From: an uncultured Spirochaetota bacterium
Lineage (GTDB): Bacteria > Spirochaetota > Brevinematia > Brevinematales > JAOACQ01
NCBI GenBank assembly: GCA_963835575.1
Contig: CAWIGG010000002.1
Span: forward strand, 352,001-416,000
Length of the DNA: 64,000 bases
Reading direction: 5' to 3'
Notes under the pieces: model-generated
Databases searched by the model: none
What the model saw: only the letters and a program-made list of their open reading frames with translations
Told to the model about the DNA's origin: nothing
In this document: piece after piece, positions 9,810-19,221 of the stretch
How positions within the stretch are numbered: position 1 is the stretch's first letter
Layout: every line of letters begins with the position of its first letter
Position numbers and translations under genes: made by a program

Positions 9810-10532
9810 TTAATCATCCCTGTAATTTTTAATTTTCTTTGTTTTATTATATCCGGCGTATTTCAAAACGGCCTTAAACAGGCTGGCCGATTGAGAGACC
9901 TGTTCATAAGCCTCCTCTTCAGTCATATCCCTGTTTTCCTTCTGGAGCCTGTAAGCCAGTTCCTTTGATTTATTCGCGATGAGCGCGATATTCCGGATCA
10001 GGTCGTCTTCATTTTGAATGGCGATGGGGACTATTTTTATTTTTGATGTATTCGTCTTTAATTCATTCTCAAGAAGGCCGTCGTTTAATAAATGATGCGC
10101 TTTATTGAAAGGATTGTATTCCATGTTATGAAGGGGCATGGAAAGGTCGCCGATATAATGCCCGGCGTAGGAGAGGTGATACAATCCGAATTTATTCTGC
10201 GCCTGGGCCTTTTGATAATTACGGACGGCGGCGACAATGGCCCCGTACAAATGACCGCGTTTTTCGCCGGCCGAGCCGTTGTTATACATCGGGATCTGCT
10301 CTTTTATCAATTCCGGAGTGACCGTTTCAGTTTCCAGAAGGTCGCAGTAATGATTGAAGCCTTCCCTGCTGTACGCCTTGAGTTTCGCGATATCCGGCGC
10401 GGCCAGGCTGTAGGACTCCTCAAACTGCGCCGCCGTTCCTATGGCGATATGCGTGTAATCAAGCCAGCCCGACGCCCTGCCCGCGAGAATAAGGCAAGTA
10501 AAAATGAGTAATCCGTAAACAGCCTTTTTCAT
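9810..10532 (-). CDS. secreted zinc-dependent phospholipase C / S1-P1 nuclease-like protein
   Basis: Signal peptide then W....H, APD, HY.D, HYIGDLSMPLH, H...D. Confidence 0.7.
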   Translation of the reverse strand: MKKAVYGLLIFTCLILAGRASGWLDYTHIAIGTAAQFEESYSLAAPDIAKLKAYSREGFNHYCDLLETETVTPELIKEQIPMYNNGSAGEKRGHLYGAIVAAVRNYQKAQAQNKFGLYHLSYAGHYIGDLSMPLHNMEYNPFNKAHHLLNDGLLENELKTNTSKIKIVPIAIQNEDDLIRNIALIANKSKELAYRLQKENRDMTEEEAYEQVSQSASLFKAVLKYAGYNKTKKIKNYRDD

Positions 10533-10543
10533 TTTCCCCTCCT

Positions 10544-11089
10544 CTATGATTTCTTAATAAAAGTGATGATGGAACTGACCGCTTCCTTTTTTGTCCAGTC
10601 CTGCGGCGAATAAAAGCCGTCTAAAAATTCTTTCACTTCCTTATCCCTGGTAAACCACCATCTCAGAAGACTAATAAACCGCGGGAACTGCATTATGAAT
10701 TTATCGAGGGTATCCAGTGTTTTGTAATCAAAAGCGCCCTGCATGGGGAAATAGGCCATGTTTTTCTGCATATCTGCGGGCAGGCTCGCCTCAAAAACCT
10801 TCTGCTGGACGGGATCGTCCGAAGGCGCCCCCGACGCGGTAAAGACCGCAAGCCTCCTGCCGGCGATGTATTTCCAGTTCTTTTTGATAAAACCGATATT
10901 GCTGATCCTGCCCATCCGGACCGAAGTACCGAATACGATGGTATCATACTGCTCGAAAAAAGATTTATGGAATACCGAAATATCGAAAAGGTCCGCGCCC
11001 GCGCCTTTGGCGATCCAGTCGGCGTAGCGTTTCGCGCTTCCGTATTTTGATTTATAAAGCACGACCGCCCTGACGGTTTTTTTAGCCAT
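10544..11089 (-). CDS. flavodoxin-domain protein (HemG-like)
   Basis: YKSKYGSAKRYA.WIA, YDTIVFG, GAFDY. Confidence 0.8.
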   Translation of the reverse strand: MAKKTVRAVVLYKSKYGSAKRYADWIAKGAGADLFDISVFHKSFFEQYDTIVFGTSVRMGRISNIGFIKKNWKYIAGRRLAVFTASGAPSDDPVQQKVFEASLPADMQKNMAYFPMQGAFDYKTLDTLDKFIMQFPRFISLLRWWFTRDKEVKEFLDGFYSPQDWTKKEAVSSIITFIKKS

Positions 11090-11236
11090 TGCTATTCTCC
11101 TTCTTTAAAATATTCTTATTTTATTAAACGCCTGATTATTTTGCAAAAAATATAGCCGAAGCAGGGAATTAATTTCTTCTATGAATGATGATATTGAACG
11201 GCAGCTCAAAATGGAAGATAAATCAAATGGTCATTC

Positions 11237-11818
11237 TTATTTAACGTAGCCTTTCTCAATACATTCCTCTATGAGCCCTTTCGCGAATTCCCAGAGCTTT
11301 CCGGATCCTTCGCCGATGCGGCTGTTTACTTTAAGGACCTGCTCCGCGCTGACGCTGTTGTTCCTCCAGGCATGGGCCTGTGTATGGTAATTCTGCATCA
11401 CCGGCTCAAGGCGGTCCAGGGCGAAAGCGAATTTCGCCTCGGGCGTCTTTTTCTCCTCGAATTCCTCCCAGAGGTTTTTCAACTCCATGCCCTGGTCTCC
11501 GGGCAGAAGCCCGAAGATGCGTGCGGCGGCTTTTGATTCCTTTTCTTTATAATCTGTTTTATCCTTTGTGTAAACCAGCGTATCGCCGGCGTCTATTTCC
11601 ACGATGTCATGGACAAGGACCATTTTTATGACCTTCGGGACGTCGATTTTTTCGTTAGCGTATTCGGCCAGAAGAATAGCCATCACCGCCAGGTGCCATG
11701 AATGCTCCGAATCGTTTTCATACCGCGAGCCGTCGAAGAGCTTCGTTTTGCGGAAAATAGCCTTGATCTTATCGATCTCGATGATAAAACCGATCTGTCT
11801 TTTAAGCCTTTCGTCCAT
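11237..11818 (-). CDS. HD domain phosphohydrolase (HD_3/YfbR-like)
   Basis: ENDSEHSWH, VHDIVEIDAGD, DRLEP. Confidence 0.9.
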   Translation of the reverse strand: MDERLKRQIGFIIEIDKIKAIFRKTKLFDGSRYENDSEHSWHLAVMAILLAEYANEKIDVPKVIKMVLVHDIVEIDAGDTLVYTKDKTDYKEKESKAAARIFGLLPGDQGMELKNLWEEFEEKKTPEAKFAFALDRLEPVMQNYHTQAHAWRNNSVSAEQVLKVNSRIGEGSGKLWEFAKGLIEECIEKGYVK

Positions 11819-11821
11819 ATT

Positions 11822-12544
11822 TCAAACCCCTGTTTTTTTTGCCATGAACAGCACCTTATAGGAATTATTACCCGGTGTTATAAACTGGAATATTCTGAAT
11901 AGATCAACCGTCTTCAGGACAGTGAATTTATCCTTCATCAATTCCATTATCTCATAAATATAAAAACCTTTCTGCAGATGCTCTTCCTTCACGTTATCGC
12001 CGAAGTCGAAAACCGTTTCCGCGGTCCTTGTTTCCGGATCATAATGCATGTTCTCGGAGAACCGGACGCCGTCAACATTTCTTTGAACGGTGCCGCTGTG
12101 CAGTTTGTCATATAAATGATGCGTGTTGATATCGAAAAGAAAAAACCCGCCCGGTTTGAGAAGACCGTGAATATTTTCAAAAACCATTTTCAGGCGCTCA
12201 TTATCCATGATATAATTGAGCGAGTCGAACGCGCTGATGACCAGATCGAACTTTTTTTTTAAGCGCAGATCGACCATATCCGACAGGGTAAATTTAATCT
12301 CCGGATTATTCCGCCGGGCGATGGCGAGCATTTGAGGCGAGATATCAGAGCCCATGACCTTATAATCTTTTTTCAGCCTTTTGATCAGCTCGCCCGTTCC
12401 GCATGAGATGTCCAGAATCGTTTTTGGGACAAAGGAATATTTTTTCCGGAGCAGACGGATGTATTTCAAATACCTCAGGCTGAACGAGCCCCATCCTCTG
12501 GAATAGACCTCGGAAAATATTTCATAAGGTTTCAACGGTTTCAT
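11822..12544 (-). CDS. class I SAM-dependent methyltransferase
   Basis: ILDISCGTG, DIS..ML, FDSLNY, LKPGG.F.FD. Confidence 0.88.
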   Translation of the reverse strand: MKPLKPYEIFSEVYSRGWGSFSLRYLKYIRLLRKKYSFVPKTILDISCGTGELIKRLKKDYKVMGSDISPQMLAIARRNNPEIKFTLSDMVDLRLKKKFDLVISAFDSLNYIMDNERLKMVFENIHGLLKPGGFFLFDINTHHLYDKLHSGTVQRNVDGVRFSENMHYDPETRTAETVFDFGDNVKEEHLQKGFYIYEIMELMKDKFTVLKTVDLFRIFQFITPGNNSYKVLFMAKKTGV

Positions 12545-12666
12545 AGGATGCTTCTTTAAATAAAATATTTGGATTATATAACTGAAAATCAATATAAAAT
12601 GTATTTTAATAAATCGATTCTATTAAATCAAGTAAAGTTGAAAGATGTACTTCATGTTAAAACTAT

Positions 12667-12837
12667 TTATACCTGAAAAAGAATTGATAAAGTGAAAGTA
12701 AAAAATCCAAATATGCCCAATATAGACATAATAGAGGTAATGATTAAACCGCTTGAAAAGAAAAAAAGAAGATAAAAAACGAGAACTGCAATAATTAACA
12801 GGAATAGAACCAGTGAAATCCTGTCAATCAGCCTCAT
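12667..12837 (-). CDS. small 2-TM membrane protein (56 aa), not in ORF track
   Basis: Manual translation MRLIDRISLVLFLLIIAVLVFYLLFFFSSGLIITSIMSILGIFGFFTFTLSILFQV*; starts 4 nt after the upstream small ORF. Confidence 0.45.
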   Translation of the reverse strand: MRLIDRISLVLFLLIIAVLVFYLLFFFSSGLIITSIMSILGIFGFFTFTLSILFQV

Positions 12838-12841
12838 AATT

Positions 12842-13015
12842 TTAGCGGGTTTTTAAACCAGGCTTCATTTTTCTCATTATTTCGTTTTTCATTTTATCTA
12901 TATCATCATGAAGCTCTTTCCTGATTGAACGCATGAGAATGAACTGTATCCCGAATATACTGCTGACAATTCCCAAAATGGCAAAAAACAAACCTATTAC
13001 TTGAATTATGTTCAT
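12842..13015 (-). CDS. small single-TM protein (57 aa), not in ORF track
   Basis: AGAGG RBS; MNIIQVIGLFFAILGIVSSIFGIQFILMRSIRKELHDDIDKMKNEIMRKMKPGLKTR*. Confidence 0.55.
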   Translation of the reverse strand: MNIIQVIGLFFAILGIVSSIFGIQFILMRSIRKELHDDIDKMKNEIMRKMKPGLKTR

Positions 13016-13037
13016 AAAAACCTCTTATATATAATAA

Positions 13038-14321
13038 GGGCGGTTTGAAAAACCCACGTATCATATACAAATAGTATATAAAAACATATAATCATAGTCA
13101 AAGAAAACAGAGGTAAGGCTATGACAAAAATTAAGCGGAAAGACCGTAACTTGTTTGAATATCAGGAGCGGATGGAAAAGCTAAGCGGCGTAAAAACACC
13201 GCTGGATAAGCTTAACAGGGTTGTAGACTTTGAGATGTTCCGGCCGCTGTTAACAGAGATTTTGGCGCCGAAAGAGCAGAAGGCGCCGGGCGGAGCGCCA
13301 CATTATGACTATGTTTTCATGTTCAAGATACTGATATTCCAGAGGTATTACAATCTTTCCGATGAGCAAGCGGAATTTCAGATCAATGACAGGTTATCCG
13401 TTCAGCGATATCTTGGGATAACACTTTCGGACAAAGTTCCGGACTACAGTAAAATCTGGGAATTCAAGGAAAAACTGATGAAAGCGAAAGCAATAGAGAA
13501 ACTTTTTAAAATATTCGATGAGAATCTTGAGAATAAAGGTGTGATAGGGAAAGCGGGCGTTATGGTAGACGCAAGTTTTGTGGATGTTCCCCGGCAGAGG
13601 AACAGCCGCGAAGAAAACAAGAAAATAAAAGAAGGCGAGGTTCCGGAAGATTGGAAAGATAATACGCATAAGCTTTCCCATAAAGACACGGATGCGCGCT
13701 GGATGACCAAGAATAAAGAGAGGCATTACGGATACAAAAACCATACAAAGGTTGATGTGAAGTCAAAACTTATTCGTTCTTATGTCACGACAGATGCGAG
13801 CGTTCACGATTCACAGGTAGTTGAACCTCTATTGAATGAGAAAGACAAAGGGAAGCCGTTTTACGCGGACAGCGCATATGTTGGCCCAACGGTAGCAGGA
13901 ATATTAGAAAAATTTGAGATGAAAAACCGGATTCACGAAAAAGGATACAGAAATAAGCCATTGACGGAGAAGCAGAAAGAAAAAAATAGAAGAAAGAGCC
14001 GCATCCGAGTTCGTGTTGAGCATGTTTTTGGTTTTGTTGAAAATAGTATGAACGGCAGTACAATACGATCGATAGGAAAAGAAAGGGCAGAGAGCCAAAT
14101 CGGGCTGATGAATCTGGTTTATAATTTAGCACGGTATGTTGTGGTAAAAGGTCGAATTGCGTCTTGTGCGGCTTAAAATACAGAAGATATGGATAATATT
14201 GCCCGTGTTTGGCTGAATTTTGGTAATAGAAACAGTTTTTAACCTGTTGGCAGAAATATTTTGAAAATATTTTCTATTATCAGGGAAGTGTTGATAAATT
14301 AGGCGGTTTTTAAAACCGCCC
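13038..14321 (+). mobile_element. IS5-family insertion sequence
   Basis: 17-bp IR, 16/17 match (gggcggtttgaaaaacc; ggtttttaaaaccgccc); 4-bp TSD ataa (13034-13037, 14322-14325). Confidence 0.9.
13121..14176 (+). CDS. IS5-family DDE transposase
   Basis: GGAPHYD, LSDEQAE, VDASFV, YGYKNH, ADSAY, RVRVEHVFG. Confidence 0.95.
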   Translation: MTKIKRKDRNLFEYQERMEKLSGVKTPLDKLNRVVDFEMFRPLLTEILAPKEQKAPGGAPHYDYVFMFKILIFQRYYNLSDEQAEFQINDRLSVQRYLGITLSDKVPDYSKIWEFKEKLMKAKAIEKLFKIFDENLENKGVIGKAGVMVDASFVDVPRQRNSREENKKIKEGEVPEDWKDNTHKLSHKDTDARWMTKNKERHYGYKNHTKVDVKSKLIRSYVTTDASVHDSQVVEPLLNEKDKGKPFYADSAYVGPTVAGILEKFEMKNRIHEKGYRNKPLTEKQKEKNRRKSRIRVRVEHVFGFVENSMNGSTIRSIGKERAESQIGLMNLVYNLARYVVVKGRIASCAA

Positions 14322-14461
14322 ATAATATATTAATTTTAAATTGTAAATTTCTAATCAAAAATATCATTCCGGAAGTTTATTATAAAATAAAATAATTATA
14401 TATAAAACTACATTTTCAGCGAATCGCGGTGAAGCCTCATGAAATGTCTCCATTTAATAAG

Positions 14462-14505
14462 AAAGCTTTCGTCTCAGGCGATAATAGCCATTGTCGACTG
14501 TGGAC
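14462..14505. repeat. degenerate copy of REP-like palindrome
   Basis: aaagctttcgtc..aggcgataatagccattgtcgact, similar to 21231-21272 and 23253-23280. Confidence 0.6.
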
Positions 14506-14901
14506 TTACCTCTTCACCCAGGACCCGTTTTTCCTGACAAAAGTATGGGAATCCGATGTATCGGTGGAGCGGAAGACCACAAGTTTTTTCGTGAAGGCGT
14601 ATGTGATGGTGATCGATTTGATCTTATTGATCCTTCTATAATTATCGATGATGAAGTGAAGGATTTCGTCTGTTTTCCCTTCTTTCTCATTCTTTTTCAG
14701 ATTTCTCATTTTCGAGTTGAGAAAGGTGACGGAAATACTGCTGTTATTGACGGCGGTGTTGATGTTTTCCCCGGAGTATCTCTGATGGAGCCTGTTTTTC
14801 AGCTCCATTAAATCATTATAAGGAGTGGAAGGCTTCTGCTGGCCGCATCCCATGGCGATCAGTGAAAATAAAACCATGACAAGAACGGTTCTACCCGGCA
14901 T
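14506..14901 (-). CDS. hypothetical lipoprotein
   Basis: GAGGAGG RBS, MPGRTVLVMVLFSLIAMGC lipobox. Confidence 0.65.
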   Translation of the reverse strand: MPGRTVLVMVLFSLIAMGCGQQKPSTPYNDLMELKNRLHQRYSGENINTAVNNSSISVTFLNSKMRNLKKNEKEGKTDEILHFIIDNYRRINKIKSITITYAFTKKLVVFRSTDTSDSHTFVRKNGSWVKR

Positions 14902-15184
14902 AAAATCCTCCTCTTTGAGGTCAGACGGACAGCTTTTTATCGGCATATTTATCGCACAACTTCTTTTCTCTTCATTAAATATAAAGGAATGAGCGGAGTT
15001 TGTCAAAACGAAGACAGGCTGCTGCGGCCATTTTGTAAAGACGAACCTCTCTTTTGGAAGTATAGTCCCAATCCCGCGATGACAATCCGCTTTTATTGAT
15101 AGAACTGAAAGAATATGTATATAATAAAATAAAGAAGCTCTTTAAACTTTTATCCCTGAATAAATTTAATCCGGATATATTAAA

Positions 15185-16254
15185 ATGAAGAAAATCGTTA
15201 TTGCAATTTTTTAGTGATTTTTATATACGGCATCACTTTTTCCAATCAAAACCCGGAGTTAATGGAATATTTCGCGTATTATGCGTCCTGTACAAAATGC
15301 CGGAAGACGATTGACGACATTAAAAAATGGTCGAACGGGCATGATAAAAAAATAACCATAAAGGTTTATGATCTGATCATTGAAGACAACTGGAAAAAAC
15401 TCGATGGATTGAATAAGAAATACGCTATTTTTTCTCAATATCCCGAACTGCCGGTTCTCATCTATCATGAAAAATTTTACGCGGGTTATGAGCAAATCCA
15501 GGCGCTTTTGTCGGACAATGGCGCGCAGGGGAAAAAATTTGATAATTTAAGCCTGGGCATTATTATTTCCGCCGGACTATTGGACGGAATAAACCCGTGC
15601 GTCTTTACCGTCATCATATTATTGATTTCCTATTTATTTATCAATCTTAAAAGCAGGAAACTCGTATTCATTTCCGGTGTTTTTTATAGCATTTCGGTTT
15701 TTGTCACTTATTTTTTGATCGGTCTGGGCATTTTCGGCGCCGTGAGGATGTTGAACTTCTTTCCCCTGGTATCGAAAATATTTAAATATGCCCTTTCGGC
15801 AATTCTCTTTATTCTGGTGGTTTTGAGCTTGATTGATTTTCTCTCTTTATCAAAGCGGAAAGACGGCAATGGGAAACTGTTCCTGAAACTTCCCGGTTTT
15901 CTTCAGAAAAAAATCAGGGAGTCGATCAGGTTCGAGATGAGGGATTACAGGATCATTCTCAGCTCGATAGCTCTCGGCTTTCTGGTTTCCTTTTTTGAGC
16001 TTTTGTGCACCGGCCAGATTTATTTCCCGGTGATCGGGTATATGTCCGAGATGAAGGATAAAGCCGCAGGTCTTTTTTATCTGTTCATATATAATCTGGC
16101 CTTTATCCTGCCGCTGGCGGTTATTTTCGTTCTTGTGTTTTTCGGCGTTTCCTCGAAAAAGATAGGGGATTTCCTGGGGAATAAGACTGGATTAATAAAA
16201 CTGGTTTTCTTTTTTTTATTCCTGGCGTTCGGGTTTCTTAATCTGTTTATTTGA
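15185..16254 (+). CDS. CcdA/DsbD-type transmembrane thiol-redox protein with N-terminal CxxC domain; signal peptide frameshifted
   Basis: CTKC; GLLDGINPC and ELLCTGQIY motifs; ATG at 15185 is out of frame by 1 nt at a T6 run. Confidence 0.75.
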
Positions 16255-16263
16255 AAGAAAAGC

Positions 16264-17649
16264 CTATTTTGATTCCACCGTGCCGGTCACCGGGAAAAGC
16301 GTCCTTTCCAATCCTTTGATATCGCTTTTTATGACGAAATATTTTTCGACCTTCCCGTTATCGTCTGAGGAATCATAGGAAAGTTTTATCAGGGCTTTTT
16401 TCTCATTTTCTATCACTACCTTATCGGGCTTCGCGTCCAGGCAGTCGCAGGTTTTTATCACGGTTATGTCCGCGGGATAGCCGCAGTGGTTTTCAAGCGT
16501 GATCGTGTACTCGGCGGTTTTTCCCTTTTTGACCGTTCCGAAGTTCCATGCCTTATCGGAAAAGGAAAGAAGGTCCGTATTTTCTTTGACTTCGGCGCCG
16601 GTGATCTGTTTTTTAATATTATCATACAGGGGCGCCGGGTGCAGGCTGATGGCGTTGTCTATCATCTCTAAAGCTTTCTTTTTGTTGTTTTTTTTCTTGT
16701 AAGCCCTGGACAGCTCAAAATACAATTCCGCCTTCTGGTCGTCCGGCGCTTTAAGCGACAGGCCTTTCAAAGCGGCCGTGACGGCTTTATTGAGTTCAAT
16801 ATTGTATATATAGGACTGCTGGATGATGGTGATATAGGAGCTGATGTTATCGGGAGTCAGTCCCAGGATCTTCCAGTAGATATCGAGGGCTTTGCCGTAA
16901 TTTCCCATATTGATGTAACAGCCGGCGATGAAATAGTATTTGGTTATTTTGTCCTTGAAAGCGGGAATTTTGATTAATTCCTCCGCAGAGGAAACAGCCT
17001 CCGGATAATCCTTCAGGAAGAAATATGTGTCCTCAAGTGTCAGGAGAATGGATTCCCTGTGAGCGGCGTAGAACTGCGGGTCCACCGCCTCGATACGGCC
17101 TTTATATTTTTCGGCGTCTTCCATAAACCTTCTTCCGGCGCTGAGTACCAAAAGCCTGTATAAAATTTCCGGACTGCCGGGCGAGGCCTTGAGCTTTTCA
17201 AGGTTTTCATCGACGGCGGTTTTGTCGCTTTCAATTTTCTTCATGATCTCAAGAAAATTCGTCGTTTCGGCGCGGCCGACGAAACGACCGATCTCGGAGG
17301 CGCCGGAGTTTAAAAAGAGAAAGGTCGGGAAGGACGCGATGTCGTATTTTGCCATGATCTTTTTTGATTCGGGATCGGTCTCATCGGCCCTGTAAGACGC
17401 AAAGGTGGAATTGATGTAATCCCTTATCTCCGGCATCGGCAGGACGTGTTCGTTCATATAATTACACTGCCCGCACCATTTTGCGTAAACATAGACAAGG
17501 ATGTCCCTGTTTTTCATTTTGGCCTGTTCGATGGTTTTGTCGAAACCGCTTTCATCCCATTTAATCATGGTTTGATCGGCCGCTCTCGAGCAGGAATAGC
17601 CGGAAAGCAGAAGGCTTAAAAATAATAGGACCATGGTGTTTTTTATCAA
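16264..17649 (-). CDS. thioredoxin-fold + TPR + DUF1573-like Ig domain lipoprotein
   Basis: Lipobox SGYSC; WCGQC; FPTFLF; TPR-like helices; WNFGTV...TCDC. Confidence 0.75.
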   Translation of the reverse strand: MIKNTMVLLFLSLLLSGYSCSRAADQTMIKWDESGFDKTIEQAKMKNRDILVYVYAKWCGQCNYMNEHVLPMPEIRDYINSTFASYRADETDPESKKIMAKYDIASFPTFLFLNSGASEIGRFVGRAETTNFLEIMKKIESDKTAVDENLEKLKASPGSPEILYRLLVLSAGRRFMEDAEKYKGRIEAVDPQFYAAHRESILLTLEDTYFFLKDYPEAVSSAEELIKIPAFKDKITKYYFIAGCYINMGNYGKALDIYWKILGLTPDNISSYITIIQQSYIYNIELNKAVTAALKGLSLKAPDDQKAELYFELSRAYKKKNNKKKALEMIDNAISLHPAPLYDNIKKQITGAEVKENTDLLSFSDKAWNFGTVKKGKTAEYTITLENHCGYPADITVIKTCDCLDAKPDKVVIENEKKALIKLSYDSSDDNGKVEKYFVIKSDIKGLERTLFPVTGTVESK

Positions 17650-17766
17650 CGTATTCTCTCCATAATTTTTATAATTTATTGAGATGACCGATTTTTTATA
17701 GAAATTCCATGTTTAAATAAAAACCGTCTTTTTTGTCCCGGAAATGTATCGGGCTTTATCTCAGGC

Positions 17767-18774
17767 TTACTGGCAGAGCGGGAACTGGACCCCGATGCTG
17801 GCCCCCGCCCCGTTATTATCCGAAGCCGGTATCGTACCGTTGACTGAGCGGCCTTCGATATCTGTTAAAGTGCATATTGTATTGCCGGGAATGGTTACGC
17901 CGAAATCCCAAAAACCGTTGGATAGGGTGCCTGTATGGGTAGTTCCATTAACAACTACTGATGCTGATGCTATGGGGAGTACGGCGTTTTCGAAATAAAG
18001 CTGGCCGGAATAGGTGCCGTTGAAATGGCAGATGATATTGCCTGTTGCGGGGCAGAGGACCGATTTCCATGTGACCCCTGATTTGATATCATCGCCGCTG
18101 TTCGTGCCTACAAGAGCCGCGAATGCCGCGACGCTCAGATTAAGATGTCCGGTCAGAGCAATGGAGTAATTATCAACAACTGTCGCGATGATGGATTTGC
18201 CGCCGTAGGTAATCTGGACGCATAAACCGCAATTAGCGCCCTGACCGAAATTCGGTATTGCCGCGAAATAATTGGGGTTTACGGCATTCAAAACCGAATC
18301 AACATTCCCGTTGGAGCTCCCGACGCTGATATTCGTCAATTCCGTGCCGTAATATGCGCAGGCGGTTTTATAATAAGTTGTTCCTCCGATAACCGTTGTA
18401 GGCGTACCCATTCCGAAATAATAATAAGTCAATTCGCCGTTAGAAGAGCTTGGGCCGCCTGGATATGTACATGTGCTGGCACTGGAGCCGGATGAACTGC
18501 TGCTTGAACTGCTGGAGCTTGAGATACTGCTATTGGCGCTGCTGAGACTGCCGGAGCTGGAGATGCTGCTGACGGCGCCGCTTGAACTGCTGGAAGCGGG
18601 CAGACTGCTTATTGAGCTGCTTGAACTACCTGAACTGGGGATACTGCTGACAGCGCTCACGCTATGATTATTATTGCCGTTATTATTACCGCCGAGATTA
18701 ATTGTAACGGCGCATTTCAAAAAGCAGATAACCAAAATTGCTGAAAAAAGAATAATCAATACATTGCTTTTCAT
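17767..18774 (-). CDS. expansin-like (DPBB + CBM63-like) lipoprotein with Ser-rich linker, paralog 1
   Basis: Signal + Cys, poly-Ser linker, TACAY, CGLCVQIT...ATVVD...HLNLS..AF, W.SV.CP. Confidence 0.72.
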   Translation of the reverse strand: MKSNVLIILFSAILVICFLKCAVTINLGGNNNGNNNHSVSAVSSIPSSGSSSSSISSLPASSSSSGAVSSISSSGSLSSANSSISSSSSSSSSSSGSSASTCTYPGGPSSSNGELTYYYFGMGTPTTVIGGTTYYKTACAYYGTELTNISVGSSNGNVDSVLNAVNPNYFAAIPNFGQGANCGLCVQITYGGKSIIATVVDNYSIALTGHLNLSVAAFAALVGTNSGDDIKSGVTWKSVLCPATGNIICHFNGTYSGQLYFENAVLPIASASVVVNGTTHTGTLSNGFWDFGVTIPGNTICTLTDIEGRSVNGTIPASDNNGAGASIGVQFPLCQ

Positions 18775-18848
18775 AATGACCTCTTTTTAACTCTCCGCTG
18801 CTGTTATAATTATTATTGCCCGCCTTTTTTACAATTTTTTTATCTATA

Positions 18849-18877
18849 AAAGTATCACTGTAAGATGCTTTTGTCAA
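18849..18877 (-). promoter_or_regulatory. sigma70-like promoter of expansin paralog 1
   Basis: TTGACA-17 bp-TACTTT with TG extension; conserved upstream of paralog 2. Confidence 0.55.
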
Positions 18878-19221
18878 ATAATAGAAAAACCAAAAAACAC
18901 TTCATATATAATAGTGTTTATAATCCGGAATTTTGTAATTATTTATAAAAATATTCTTTTCACTTGTCATTGATAAGATAATAATGGAAGGATTTCTGCC
19001 GTTTGCCCATTATTATGCCCTTCGGGCTACATGCGCACAATCTCTCACTGCATCGCTCGGGGACCGCAGGGGAGATGCTGGTATTGCTTATATTTTGCAT
19101 AGAATAAGGATTTTAAACCTTCGATTTTTTTATCCAAATCTGAAAAAAGGCGGCGATAATCAATATTGTGCTATTTGAAAATATCAAATTTTATGTATCA
19201 ATATGGTTTTCGATGTTAAAA

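Noticed and set aside
18984..19178. 64-aa ORF / GC-rich patch with gcccttcgggc hairpin as possible riboswitch
   Set aside because: Only one short hairpin recognisable; no family motif I can support
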